64,000 nucleotides of DNA from Clostridia bacterium. Lineage in GTDB: Bacteria; Bacillota; Clostridia; Oscillospirales; CAG-272. The notes beneath the pieces were generated by a model. That model made no database searches. It worked only from the letters and a program-made list of their open reading frames with translations, and was not told the origin of the DNA. The DNA is taken from the NCBI GenBank assembly GCA_017631855.1, contig JAGBSP010000020.1, positions 7,754 through 71,753 of the forward strand, written 5' to 3'. Below are positions 38,007 to 48,047 of the stretch, piece by piece (the first letter of the stretch is position 1; the number at the start of each line of letters is the position of its first letter). The translations under genes were made by a program, and so were the position numbers.

Positions 38007-39991
38007 ATTGCATCTACCTCCGCCATAATTTGTTGATTGGTAAAGCCCTTGAGGTTCATCGCGCCCGACATACAAGCAACGGTACAAGCGCCACAACCCT
38101 GACATACCGCCTCGTTGACCGAAGCCACGCGGCGAACCTTCACGGTTCTGTCGGGCATTCTGAATTCCTTATCCTGGTACGTAATCGCACCGTAGGGGCA
38201 AACCTTTTCACAGGTCGAACAGCCGTTACACATCCACTCGTCGGAATGAGCCACGCAGGGGTTACCCGTCAGCTTATCCTTGCAGAGAAGACCGATGACC
38301 TTCGAAGCGGCAGCGCCTGCCTGAGAAACGGTTTCGGGAATATCCTTCGGACCTTGGCACGCACCCGAAAGGAAGACACCTGCCGTGGGGCTTTCCACGG
38401 GACGGAGCTTGGGGTGAGCCTCGGTGAAGAAATCGTTGGTATCCATACTTGCCGTCAGCATCGTTGCCAAGGGGCGAGCCGACTTGTCGGGCTCGATGGC
38501 AGCGGCAAGGACGACGAGGTCAGCGTCGATGTGAAGCTGCTTGCCGTCGATCAGGTCGGAAGCGCGCACCTTGAGCTTATTGCCCTCGGGCGAAACCTTT
38601 CCAACCATACCTTTAATATAATGTACGCCGTATTCCTCGACGGCGCGGCGGTAGAACTCGTCAAAGTTCTTACCGGGGGTACGAACGTCGATATAGAAGA
38701 CGTAAACGTCGGTGTCGGGATACTTGTCGCGGATCAGCATTGCGTGCTTTGCCGTGTACATACAGCAGATCTTCGAGCAGTATTCCTTGCCCTTCTCAGC
38801 GCAGGATGCGCAACGCGAGCCAACGCACTGTACGAAAACGATGGTGTGCGGATGCTCGCCGTCAGAGGGACGGAGGAGCGTGCCGCCCGTCGGTCCTGCA
38901 GCGTTCATCAGACGCTCGAGCTCGAGCGAGGTGATCACGTCCTTGGACTGCGAATATGCGAACTCATCGAATTTTTCCATCGAAATGGGGTTGAAGCCGG
39001 TCGCAACAACGATTGCACCGTACTTTTCGGTCAGATACTCGTCTTTTGCCTGATAATCGATTGCACCAACGGTACAAACCTTCGAGCAAACGCCGCACTT
39101 ACCGCTCTTGAGCATCGTGCAGTAGTCGGGGTCAATGGTCGCTACCTTCGGAACTGCCTGTGCGAAGGGAATGTAGATCGCGCGGCGGTTGTCCATACCG
39201 AGGTTGAACTCGTTGGGAACCTTCTTCTGAGGACACTTTTCGGTGCACAGACCGCAACCGGTACAAATGTCTTCCTTAACGTAACGCGCGCGGCGCTTGA
39301 TGGTAACCTCAAAGTTTCCTACGAAGCCGCTGACGTCGGTCACTTCACTGTACGAGAAGATACGAACCTTGTCGTTCTGAGCAACGTCTACCATCTTCGG
39401 CGTGAGGATACAAGCCGCACAGTCGAGCGTGGGGAAGGTCTTGTCGAGCTGAGCCATCTTACCGCCAATGGTCGGCTTGGTTTCTACGATATCAACAGGG
39501 AAGCCTGCGTCGGCAATGTCAAGCGCCGTCTGAATACCCGCAATACCGCCGCCGATAACGAGCGCACGCTTGGTCACGGGGCTCTCGCCGGGGGTCAGAG
39601 GCGCGTTGAGGTTGACCTTTGCAACGGCAGCCTTGCCGAGAATGATTGCCTTTTCGGTACCCGTGGGAATATCCTTATGTACCCAAGAGCACTGCTCACG
39701 GATATTTGCAATCTCTACCATGTAGGGGTTCAGACCTGCCGCAGCGGCAGTCTTGCGGAAGGTTGCCTCGTGCATACGGGGCGAGCAGGAGCAAACGACG
39801 ATACCCGTCAGATTGTTTTCCTTAATTGCTTCCTTAATTAAATCCTGACCTGCCTGAGAACACATATACTGGTATTCCTTGGAGATCACGACGCCGGGCT
39901 CATACTGCAGTGCCTCGGCAACTGCTTTGACGTCTACCGTACCGGCAATGTTCGTGCCGCAATGACAGACGAAAACACCAATTCTTTGCAT
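37997..39991 (-). CDS. hdrA: Heterodisulfide reductase subunit A
   Basis: IGVFVCHCG.NI, CSP..HE.TF, NIREQCSW, GGGIAG, LDKTFPTLDC, QCVGSR, CS.ICC, GPKDIP. Confidence 0.95.
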   Translation of the reverse strand: MQRIGVFVCHCGTNIAGTVDVKAVAEALQYEPGVVISKEYQYMCSQAGQDLIKEAIKENNLTGIVVCSCSPRMHEATFRKTAAAAGLNPYMVEIANIREQCSWVHKDIPTGTEKAIILGKAAVAKVNLNAPLTPGESPVTKRALVIGGGIAGIQTALDIADAGFPVDIVETKPTIGGKMAQLDKTFPTLDCAACILTPKMVDVAQNDKVRIFSYSEVTDVSGFVGNFEVTIKRRARYVKEDICTGCGLCTEKCPQKKVPNEFNLGMDNRRAIYIPFAQAVPKVATIDPDYCTMLKSGKCGVCSKVCTVGAIDYQAKDEYLTEKYGAIVVATGFNPISMEKFDEFAYSQSKDVITSLELERLMNAAGPTGGTLLRPSDGEHPHTIVFVQCVGSRCASCAEKGKEYCSKICCMYTAKHAMLIRDKYPDTDVYVFYIDVRTPGKNFDEFYRRAVEEYGVHYIKGMVGKVSPEGNKLKVRASDLIDGKQLHIDADLVVLAAAIEPDKSARPLATMLTASMDTNDFFTEAHPKLRPVESPTAGVFLSGACQGPKDIPETVSQAGAAASKVIGLLCKDKLTGNPCVAHSDEWMCNGCSTCEKVCPYGAITYQDKEFRMPDRTVKVRRVASVNEAVCQGCGACTVACMSGAMNLKGFTNQQIMAEVDAICK

Positions 39992-40006
39992 ATCCGATCT
40001 CCTTTC

Positions 40007-40399
40007 TTACTTGGAATACTTGCGCATCGCGCTGACGATTGCCTGCTGGGGCATCTCTTCATCGAGAAGCGCGGGGATTTGGTCAGCCAAGAGGTGGTTG
40101 GCACCCTTCTCACGGATCACCGTCAGACGGAGTGCTTCAATCAGCTTGGCAGGCTCTACGTTACGCGGACAACGGTCGACGCACGCAAAGCAGGAAAGAC
40201 ATTTGTAGATCGAGGGAGAGCTCATCAGGGGCTCAAGGTCGCCCGATTCTACCATCGAAACGAACTGATGGGGATGATACTCCATCTCGTCGTAAGAGGG
40301 GCAGGTGCCGGAGCACTTGCCGCAACGCATACATTTCTTGGGATTGACACCGCTCATGCGAAGGATCTGTTCCTTGCGGCGCTCATTCTTGTTTTCCAT
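40007..40399 (-). CDS. hdrC: Heterodisulfide reductase subunit C
   Basis: CMRCGKCSGTCP and CLSCFACVDRCP. Confidence 0.88.
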   Translation of the reverse strand: MENKNERRKEQILRMSGVNPKKCMRCGKCSGTCPSYDEMEYHPHQFVSMVESGDLEPLMSSPSIYKCLSCFACVDRCPRNVEPAKLIEALRLTVIREKGANHLLADQIPALLDEEMPQQAIVSAMRKYSK

Positions 40400-40400
40400 C

Positions 40401-41195
40401 TTAGACCTCCTTCACACCGAGGGCTTCGGCAAGAAGCTCTGTGAAATAAACGACGGGGAGAGAGCTTCCGTTCTTGACAAGATTGTACTTGCAAAGAGGA
40501 CATGCCGTAACGATCATTTCTGCACCGTGGTTCTTTGCGCTGTCCGAAACGGCATTGCTCTTTTTCTTTGCGGAAGCAGGATCTTCAAGCGCTACGTAAC
40601 CGCCGCAGCATTCGTTTCTTGCAGGGTAGATCACGGGCTCAGCACCCAACGCACGGATAAAATCTTCGATGATCGAGGGATTTTCCACGTCGTCAAATGC
40701 CATCACCTTACCGGGACGGAGCAAAAGACAACCGTAGTACGCCGCGATCTTCTTTCCCGTGAGGGGATTTTTTACAGCAGCCTTGAGGGTATCAAAGCCA
40801 ACCTTGTCGCGGATCAGCTCAAGGAAGTGAAGAACCTCAGCCTCGCCTGCGTAGGGCAGGGGGGGATTCTTTTCCTGTGCCATATAGGCGTTAACACGCG
40901 AAGCGAAGGTTTCGTCGTTCTGCATCGCGTAGTTGGTCTGCTTGATGACGTTGTGACACGCCGAGCAAACCGTAACGATCGGCTGTTCCTTCTCCTTTGC
41001 ATCGATCAGCGCACGGACCGAGGAAAGCTTAGTTGCAATCTCGTCAGACGCACTAACGAACACGCCGCCACAGCATTGCCAATCCTTCGGCTCGCAAAGC
41101 TCAATGCCGAGAGCCTCGGCAGAGCGGCGGGCGTAAAGATCAAGATCCTTTGCTTTTGTGCGGAGTGTACAGCCGGGAAAATAAGTAACTTTCAT
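40401..41195 (-). CDS. hdrB: Heterodisulfide reductase subunit B
   Basis: YFPGC, two CCGG motifs, YYGCLL.RP, ACPLC. Confidence 0.9.
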   Translation of the reverse strand: MKVTYFPGCTLRTKAKDLDLYARRSAEALGIELCEPKDWQCCGGVFVSASDEIATKLSSVRALIDAKEKEQPIVTVCSACHNVIKQTNYAMQNDETFASRVNAYMAQEKNPPLPYAGEAEVLHFLELIRDKVGFDTLKAAVKNPLTGKKIAAYYGCLLLRPGKVMAFDDVENPSIIEDFIRALGAEPVIYPARNECCGGYVALEDPASAKKKSNAVSDSAKNHGAEMIVTACPLCKYNLVKNGSSLPVVYFTELLAEALGVKEV

Positions 41196-41215
41196 TCTGG
41201 ACCTCCCAAATTCAT

Positions 41216-42592
41216 TCAGACCATCTGTTCGGGATGGAAAACCTCGTCAAAGCGCTCAGCCGTCAAAAATCCGAGGGCTACGCAAGCTTCCTTGAGGGAA
41301 ATGTTTTCTTTGTACGCCTTCTTTGCGGTCTTTGCAGCGTTCTCGTAACCGATGTAGGGATTGAGAGCCGTAACCAGCATCAGCGAGTTGTGGAGATTGT
41401 GGTGCATCTTTTCCTTGTCAGCCGTAATACCGACAGCGCAGTTGACGTTGAAGGAAACGATTGCTTCTGCCAAAAGACGGGCAGACTGCAGGAAGTTGTA
41501 AGCGGCAACCGGCATAAAGACGTTGAGCTCAAAGTTACCCTGCGAAGCAGCCATACCGACCGCTACGTCATTACCCATCACCTGAACGGCAACCATCGTG
41601 ACAGCCTCACACTGCGTGGGGTTGACCTTACCGGGCATGATCGACGAGCCGGGCTCGTTCTCGGGAATGCGGATCTCACCGAGACCGTCGCGGGGACCCG
41701 AAGCAAGCCAACGGATGTCGTTGGCGATCTTCATCATATCTGCTGCAGTTGCCTTGATCGCGCCGTGCGCAAAGACGAGCTCGTCCTTCGAGGTCAGTGC
41801 GTGGAACTTGTTCTCCGCAGTAATAAAGGGCTTACCGGTCAGCTCGGCAACCTTTGCGGCAACCAGCTCGGAGAATCCCTTGGGAGCATTCAGACCCGTA
41901 CCGACGGCAGTGCCGCCGAGTGCGAGCTCATACAGAGGTGCAAGCGAGAGCTTCAAAAGAGCGACGTCGCGCTCAAGGCTCGAGCGCCATCCGCTGATCT
42001 CCTGCGAGAACTTAATGGGCGTTGCATCCTGAAGGTGGGTACGTCCCGACTTTACGATGCCCTCGTTTTCTGCCTCCAGACGGCGGAAGGTTGCAATCAA
42101 CTCCTCCACTGCGGGAATCAGCTTATCTTCTACGGCAAGAACTGCCGAAATGTGCATTGCGGTAGGGAAGGTGTCGTTCGAGGACTGGCTCATATTGACG
42201 TCATCGTTGGGATGGCAGAGCTTTTCGTCAGCGAGCTGATTTGCACGGTTGGCAATGACCTCGTTGGCGTTCATGTTCGACTGCGTACCCGAACCCGTCT
42301 GCCATACGACAAGAGGGAAGTGATCGTTGAGCGAGCCGGAAATGACCTCGTCGCAAGCACGGGAGATGGCGTCTAGTTTCTTCTCGGTCATCTTTTCGGG
42401 CTTGAGCTCGGCATTTGCCATAGCGGCAGCCTTCTTCAAAATGCCAAACGCGTGGGTGATTTCGCGAGGCATCGTTTCGATGTCTACACCAATCTTAAAG
42501 TTTTCGTGACTTCTCTGGGTCTGTGCTGCCCACAAGCGGTCGGCGGGAACCTTGACCTCGCCCATCGAGTCGTGTTCAATACGGTAATCCAT
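41216..42592 (-). CDS. fumC: Class II fumarate hydratase
   Basis: WQTGSGTQSNMN, GRTHLQDA, GSSIMPGKVNPTQCE. Confidence 0.97.
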   Translation of the reverse strand: MDYRIEHDSMGEVKVPADRLWAAQTQRSHENFKIGVDIETMPREITHAFGILKKAAAMANAELKPEKMTEKKLDAISRACDEVISGSLNDHFPLVVWQTGSGTQSNMNANEVIANRANQLADEKLCHPNDDVNMSQSSNDTFPTAMHISAVLAVEDKLIPAVEELIATFRRLEAENEGIVKSGRTHLQDATPIKFSQEISGWRSSLERDVALLKLSLAPLYELALGGTAVGTGLNAPKGFSELVAAKVAELTGKPFITAENKFHALTSKDELVFAHGAIKATAADMMKIANDIRWLASGPRDGLGEIRIPENEPGSSIMPGKVNPTQCEAVTMVAVQVMGNDVAVGMAASQGNFELNVFMPVAAYNFLQSARLLAEAIVSFNVNCAVGITADKEKMHHNLHNSLMLVTALNPYIGYENAAKTAKKAYKENISLKEACVALGFLTAERFDEVFHPEQMV

Positions 42593-42621
42593 GATCTATT
42601 GTTCCTTTCCTTTTTGATTCG

Positions 42622-43563
42622 TTAAATATCCAGATTGCGAATAACGTCTTTGAGCGTATTTGCACTGTGCAGAAGCTTTGCTTCCTCTTCTTCGGTCAGG
42701 TTGACGTGAACCTTCGAGCGAACGCCCTCGCGACCGACGAGGTTGAGCGTACTCAGACAAACGTCCTTGATGCCGTACTCACCGTGCATCATCGTCGAAA
42801 CGGTCATCGTCGTATCCAGACCGCCAAGCAGACACTTGCAGATATGGCAAACCGATACCGATACGGCGTAGAAGGTTGCGCCCTTGCGCTCGATGACGCG
42901 GGCACCCGACTTCTTAACGTATTTTTCAATTTCTTCGTAATCAAAGCCCTTGGTAAAGCCGTGCGAAGCAAACGCAGACTGACATTCTTCGATCGGAACG
43001 TTCGAGATGTTTGCAATCGACCACGGAACGAAGGAAGAATCTCCGTGCTCACCGAATACGTATGCGTGAACGTTGGTTTGGTTGATATTGAAATATTCCG
43101 ACAGACGGGAACGAAGACGTGCGGTGTCGAGAATCGTACCCGAACCGATGATCTGCTTTTCGGGAAGTCCCGAACACTTCACAAAGGTGTAGGTCAGAAT
43201 GTCAACAGGATTGCTGACAATAATATAGGTTGCATTCGGTGCATGACGGGTGATCTCTGGGATGATCTTCTTGGTGATATTGACGTTGGTCTGCGCCAAT
43301 TCGAGACGGGTCTGTCCGGGCTTTCTTGCGATACCGCAAGCAAAAATGACGATGTCGGAGCCAACGGCATCCGAGTAGTCGCCTGCATAGACCGAGCAAG
43401 CACCGCAGAAGGGAGTACCCTGACGAATGTCGAGTGCTTCTCCTCTTGCTTTTTCATGGTTGATGTCGATCATAACGATCTGGGAGGCAATACCCATCAC
43501 AGTCAGGGTATAGGCAATGGTCGCGCCAACGCTTCCGGTTCCGATGATTGAAATTTTGCTCAT
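42622..43563 (-). CDS. LDH/MDH-family dehydrogenase, probably malate dehydrogenase
   Basis: GTGSVG, NPVD, LDTAR, GEHGDS; specificity loop ARKPGQTR has Arg (MDH-type); directly upstream of fumC. Confidence 0.8.
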   Translation of the reverse strand: MSKISIIGTGSVGATIAYTLTVMGIASQIVMIDINHEKARGEALDIRQGTPFCGACSVYAGDYSDAVGSDIVIFACGIARKPGQTRLELAQTNVNITKKIIPEITRHAPNATYIIVSNPVDILTYTFVKCSGLPEKQIIGSGTILDTARLRSRLSEYFNINQTNVHAYVFGEHGDSSFVPWSIANISNVPIEECQSAFASHGFTKGFDYEEIEKYVKKSGARVIERKGATFYAVSVSVCHICKCLLGGLDTTMTVSTMMHGEYGIKDVCLSTLNLVGREGVRSKVHVNLTEEEEAKLLHSANTLKDVIRNLDI

Positions 43564-43763
43564 AATGAATCTTCCTTTTTCTTTACTTTTTTGTGTCAAA
43601 GATCCCTTTGACGAAAAAATGCACAATACGAGTTTATTATAACATATGGAAGTAAAAAAGTCAATATATAAACTATGCAAAATTGATATTTTTTTAACAT
43701 TCTTCTTGGTGATTTTTGCAAAAAAAGGTGCCGCAGAAGCTGCGACACCTTTGTAATATGAAA

Positions 43764-45335
43764 TTATTCCTGAGGACCTGCCATAACAGAATCAAAGTCG
43801 TCTTGGATTTCCTGCGAGGGCGCGGGAGTCAAAAGCGAAACGATTACGATCACGATCGAGGAGATAATGAACGCGGGGAGAAGCTCGTAGATGGTGAAGA
43901 CGCCGCCGAGCTTCGAGATGAGAAGCTTCCATACGAAGACCATCACGCCGCCGCTGACCATACCTGCAATCGCGCCTGCACGGGTGGTACGCTTCCAGAA
44001 GAGCGAGAAGAGCATCAGCGGACCGAAGGTCGCGCCAAAGCCGGACCATGCGAAGGAAACGATGTTGAAGATGACGCTGTCTTCCTTCCAAGCAATGATG
44101 ATTGCCACGAGAGTGATGATCACCAACGTAATTCTGGTGAGCCACATTACCTGCTTGTCGGTTGCTTTCTTATGGACGACTCCTTGGAAGATGTTCTTGG
44201 AAACCGAAGAAGCGGCGATGAGAAGGTAAGAGTCAGACGAAGAGATGGTCGCTGCAAGAATACCTGCCATAACGAATCCTGCCAGAATTGCGGGCAGAGA
44301 ACTGGTTGAAAGGGTGATGAAAATATTTTCGGAAGCAGACTTCGTCAAATGCTCGGTGGGGAATACCTGACGGCCCATAATACCGATAAAGACGGCAACG
44401 CTGAGAGAGATAACGACCCAGACCATCGCGATACGACGCGACATTTTCAGCTCTTTTTCCTCACGGATTGCCATAAAGCGAAGGAGTACCTGAGGCATAC
44501 CGAAGTAGCCAAGACCCCAAGCCATACAAGAGCAGATCGAAAGAATGGTGTACTCTGCGGGCGCACCGAAGATGGGAGCTCCGGCAACGACAACCTGTTC
44601 GCCCGCCTCGTTCACTACGGGAGAAGCAAGGCCGAAGAAATCAAGAAAACCGGGGATCTTTTGCGAATTTTCAATGACAGTACCAAGACCGCCTGCCGAG
44701 ATCGTACCCACGATAACGATCACGACAAGAGCTACGATCATCACAATACTCTGCATAAAGTCCGAAGCACTCTCGGCAAGGAAACCGCCGAGAATTGTGT
44801 AGAGCAGAACGAAGAGCGCACCGATGATCAGCATCAGCTGGTAGTGATTACCACCAAAGAAGAGGGTGGAGAAAAGCTTACCACAGGTCACAAGACAGCT
44901 TGCCGCATAAACGGTAAAGAAGATCAAAATGAAGACGGCAGCAATGGTCAGAATTAACTTTTTCTTCTCACGGAAACGGTTGGAGAAGAAGTCGGGAAGA
45001 GTGATCGAGTTGTTGGCGCGAACGCTGTAACGGCGTAGACGCTTGGAAACGATCAGCCAGTTGACGTAAGTACCGATGGCAAGACCGATGGCAGTCCATG
45101 CCGCATCGGCAAGACCGCATCAGTAGGCAACACCGGGCAGTCCCATCAGAAGCCATCCGCTCATGTCGGATGCTTCGGCACTCATTGCCGTCACCCAGGG
45201 ACCGAGCGAGCGTCCACCAAGAAAGTAGTTGTCAGAGTTTTTGTTTGCGCGCTTGGCGAACCAAACACCGATACCGATAACGACCGCCATATAAATGACC
45301 ATCGAGATCAGAATCTGAATGGAATTACTATCCAT
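43764..45335 (-). pseudogene. putP: Sodium/proline symporter with one in-frame TGA (45120-45122)
   Basis: YFLGGRSLGPWV.AMSAEASDMSGWLLMGLPG, WGLGYFG.P...RFMA; the two ORF-track pieces are in the same frame, reading GVAY*CGLADAAWTAIGL. Confidence 0.82.
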
Positions 45336-45416
45336 AGGATTTGTCCTCCTATATAAAAATAAAATAATGAAAAAATTATACCACAATTTTCCACAAAAAG
45401 CAAGTTTTTTTGGAAG

Positions 45417-46724
45417 TTATTTTTCGATTTTTTGTTTTTTTCGTTCCGCTGTTCTTCTACGGGTTTCCGCTTCGTGCATCTGGAATATGATCTCGGTTGC
45501 GAATGCGAGCTTGGTCAGAACGTTTTCCTTGGTCGGATAACAGTAGAAGGAGTCGTCCTCGGTCGAAATATCAAAGCAGTCAAAGGGCTTGAGATGGCAG
45601 TAGTCATATTCTACGTGCAGGCTGTTGATCTGCATCGGAGTGCGCTGAATGCGGTAAGACTCGCCGCGGTATTCACCTTCCAAAACAAATCCCTCGTCGA
45701 AGCTATGGCGAATTTTTGCCATACCGAGCGGCTCAAATTTCCAACATCTCGGCAGAGAATAGACGTTCACGTCATCCTCAAAGGAATACTCGCCGCGCTC
45801 GATCTCGGCTCGAACCTGCTCCTTTTCCCAAAGGAACCAGTCGGGAATATGCGAAAATTCGGTTTCTCCCTCGTTTGCCGACAGCGTGCCGTCCTCATTC
45901 AAGGTCCAACGCTTTCCGCATTCGGTACAGAAAATCTCCACACCCTTCGAGGACATCGCCTCGGCATGGCAGTGCGGACATTGATAAAGAACCTTATGTA
46001 ACCCTTGCGCGCGATACGGCTCGGTAATAAGAATTCCGTTTTCCTTTTGGTAACGGTAATCGTCGTAAGTCAGCGCCTCGCGAACGATTGCGTTGATTTC
46101 GTCCACCGAAAGCGCCTCGATCTGCTCGACGGTCAGGATCTGCGTCGCCACCGTATGAAACGGAACCTTTCTCTTGTGGCGGAAATCCCAGAAGGGGGAG
46201 TTCAGATAGTTGCCGTGATGAAGAATGGCAACTACGGGAACCTTGTTTCGCTTGATCATCATACCCACAGCATCGGGAATGTAGGAATTGATGCCGCAAG
46301 GCGCGTAGCGGGCTTCGGGGTACATACAGAGAATATCTCCGCGTTGAAGCGTTTTCTTGATCGACTTGATCAGATGAAGGTCCATCGTGAACTTTCTCGT
46401 CGCGATACCGCCAATCAGCTCCATCAGCCAAGGACGGCGGTAATATCCGTCAATGCTGATGACGTTGTTGACACGGTGGGGAAAGGTCACCATCGCGCCA
46501 AGCTCAAAATCGATAAAATGCATATGGTTGGAAAGCACCATATAAGGCGGCTTGAGTCCTTCCATATTGATCTTTTCCACTTTGTATTTTTTTCCGATCA
46601 GCGCGATCTTGGAAAGAATCCAGATCAGCCAAACGAAAAAGATAGGCTGGCGAATGGGATATTTGGCGGTTTTGTACTTCTTTTTGTTTTTGTAATTGAC
46701 TTCCGTCGTTCGTTCGTTTGCCAC
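45417..46724 (-). CDS. PlsC-like acyltransferase with C-terminal zinc-ribbon extension
   Basis: SNHMHFID (NHxxxxD), YPEA, CPHC...CTEC. Confidence 0.8.
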   Translation of the reverse strand: MANERTTEVNYKNKKKYKTAKYPIRQPIFFVWLIWILSKIALIGKKYKVEKINMEGLKPPYMVLSNHMHFIDFELGAMVTFPHRVNNVISIDGYYRRPWLMELIGGIATRKFTMDLHLIKSIKKTLQRGDILCMYPEARYAPCGINSYIPDAVGMMIKRNKVPVVAILHHGNYLNSPFWDFRHKRKVPFHTVATQILTVEQIEALSVDEINAIVREALTYDDYRYQKENGILITEPYRAQGLHKVLYQCPHCHAEAMSSKGVEIFCTECGKRWTLNEDGTLSANEGETEFSHIPDWFLWEKEQVRAEIERGEYSFEDDVNVYSLPRCWKFEPLGMAKIRHSFDEGFVLEGEYRGESYRIQRTPMQINSLHVEYDYCHLKPFDCFDISTEDDSFYCYPTKENVLTKLAFATEIIFQMHEAETRRRTAERKKQKIEK

Positions 46725-46902
46725 TCGTCGTAATTCTCCTTAAGATACTATTTTTTGCATTATACTTTATTATACATTAATTGAATGAAAAAATCAATAG
46801 AAATGTGTTGTTTTTGTGAAAAAAAGTGAAAAAGTGCTGAAAAATGTTAAAAAATATGTTTTTTGTGATATAATAATATAAAATGTTGGAAATTATCCAA
46901 AG

Positions 46903-47850
46903 GTGGAAAACACAATGAACTTGTTTTGGTATTTATTTGCGGTAGCGCTTGACTTGCTGTTGATTACGTTGATTACCTCGTACGTATGCTTTCGACTTGT
47001 GTTCTATGCGAGAAAAAAGGAAATTAAAGAGGAATACCCAATTCCCGACGGCGAGATCTACGAGGAATATCGCGCGCAGATGACCGAATGGATCAAGGAG
47101 ATGCGGGCAAGGGAACACCGAGTGGTCGAAATTACGTCCTTTGACGGCTTGACACTTCGCGGCAAATATTTTGAATATGAAAAGGGAGCGCCCATTGAGC
47201 TTCTGCTGCACGGCTATCGAGGTTGGGCAGAGAGAGATCTTTGCGGTGGCATCGAGCGCTGTCGGATGCTCGGACATAACGTGCTCGTCGTCGACCACAG
47301 AGCCAGCGGAGAGAGCGACGGACACGTCATCACCTTCGGAATCAACGAAAGCCGCGACTGCGAGGCGTGGATCGACTTTATTCTTCGCGAGATTGACCCC
47401 GATGCCCAAATTTATCTCGGTGGAGTTTCGATGGGAGCGGCGACCGTGATGATCACGGTGGGCAGAAAACTGCCGAAGCAGGTCGTCGGAGCCGTTGCCG
47501 ATTGCGGATATACCTCGGCAAGAGAGATTATTCAAAAGGTCATTCGCGAAATGAAATTGCCGCCAAAGATCCTCTATCCCTTCGTGCGGCTGGGAGCAAG
47601 ACTGTTCGGTCACTTTGATCCCGACCAAACCTCTCCCATCGAAGCAATGAAAAACGCAACTGTCCCCGTACTCTTTTTTCACGGAGATACCGACGATTTT
47701 GTGCCGTTTGAAATGAGCAAGGAAAATTATGACGCTTGTGTGACAAAAAAACACCTCGTCACCGTCAAAGGCGCGGGTCACGGACTCGCCTACCCCAAAG
47801 ACCCCCACACCTACGTCCGCGAAATTAAAACCTTTTTTGGGAACGAATGA
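46903..47850 (+). CDS. Membrane-anchored alpha/beta hydrolase
   Basis: N-terminal TM helix, HGY, GVSMG nucleophile elbow, HGDTDDFVP, GAGH. Confidence 0.88.
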   Translation: MENTMNLFWYLFAVALDLLLITLITSYVCFRLVFYARKKEIKEEYPIPDGEIYEEYRAQMTEWIKEMRAREHRVVEITSFDGLTLRGKYFEYEKGAPIELLLHGYRGWAERDLCGGIERCRMLGHNVLVVDHRASGESDGHVITFGINESRDCEAWIDFILREIDPDAQIYLGGVSMGAATVMITVGRKLPKQVVGAVADCGYTSAREIIQKVIREMKLPPKILYPFVRLGARLFGHFDPDQTSPIEAMKNATVPVLFFHGDTDDFVPFEMSKENYDACVTKKHLVTVKGAGHGLAYPKDPHTYVREIKTFFGNE

Positions 47851-47858
47851 AACGAATG

Positions 47859-47890
47859 ACAAAAGGGATTGCCAAAGCAATCCCTTTTGT
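47859..47890 (+). terminator. Intrinsic terminator
   Basis: ACAAAAGGGATTGC-CAAA-GCAATCCCTTTTGT. Confidence 0.75.
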
Positions 47891-48047
47891 GTTTGCCGCG
47901 CAAACAAATGAAGAAATTTGACTCGGACACGTCAACGCTACTGCGGATATCACAGTAAGGTGCAGACCGGTGCGGCAATATACGATGCGCTGACGGACTA
48001 AAGGGGAATAGAAAAGGGCTACCGTGGGGTAGCCTTTGGAAAATTTT

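Noticed and set aside
47890-48040. Possible small RNA between two hairpins
   Set aside because: No promoter, recognisable family motif or convincing fold; may be a remnant at an insertion junction.
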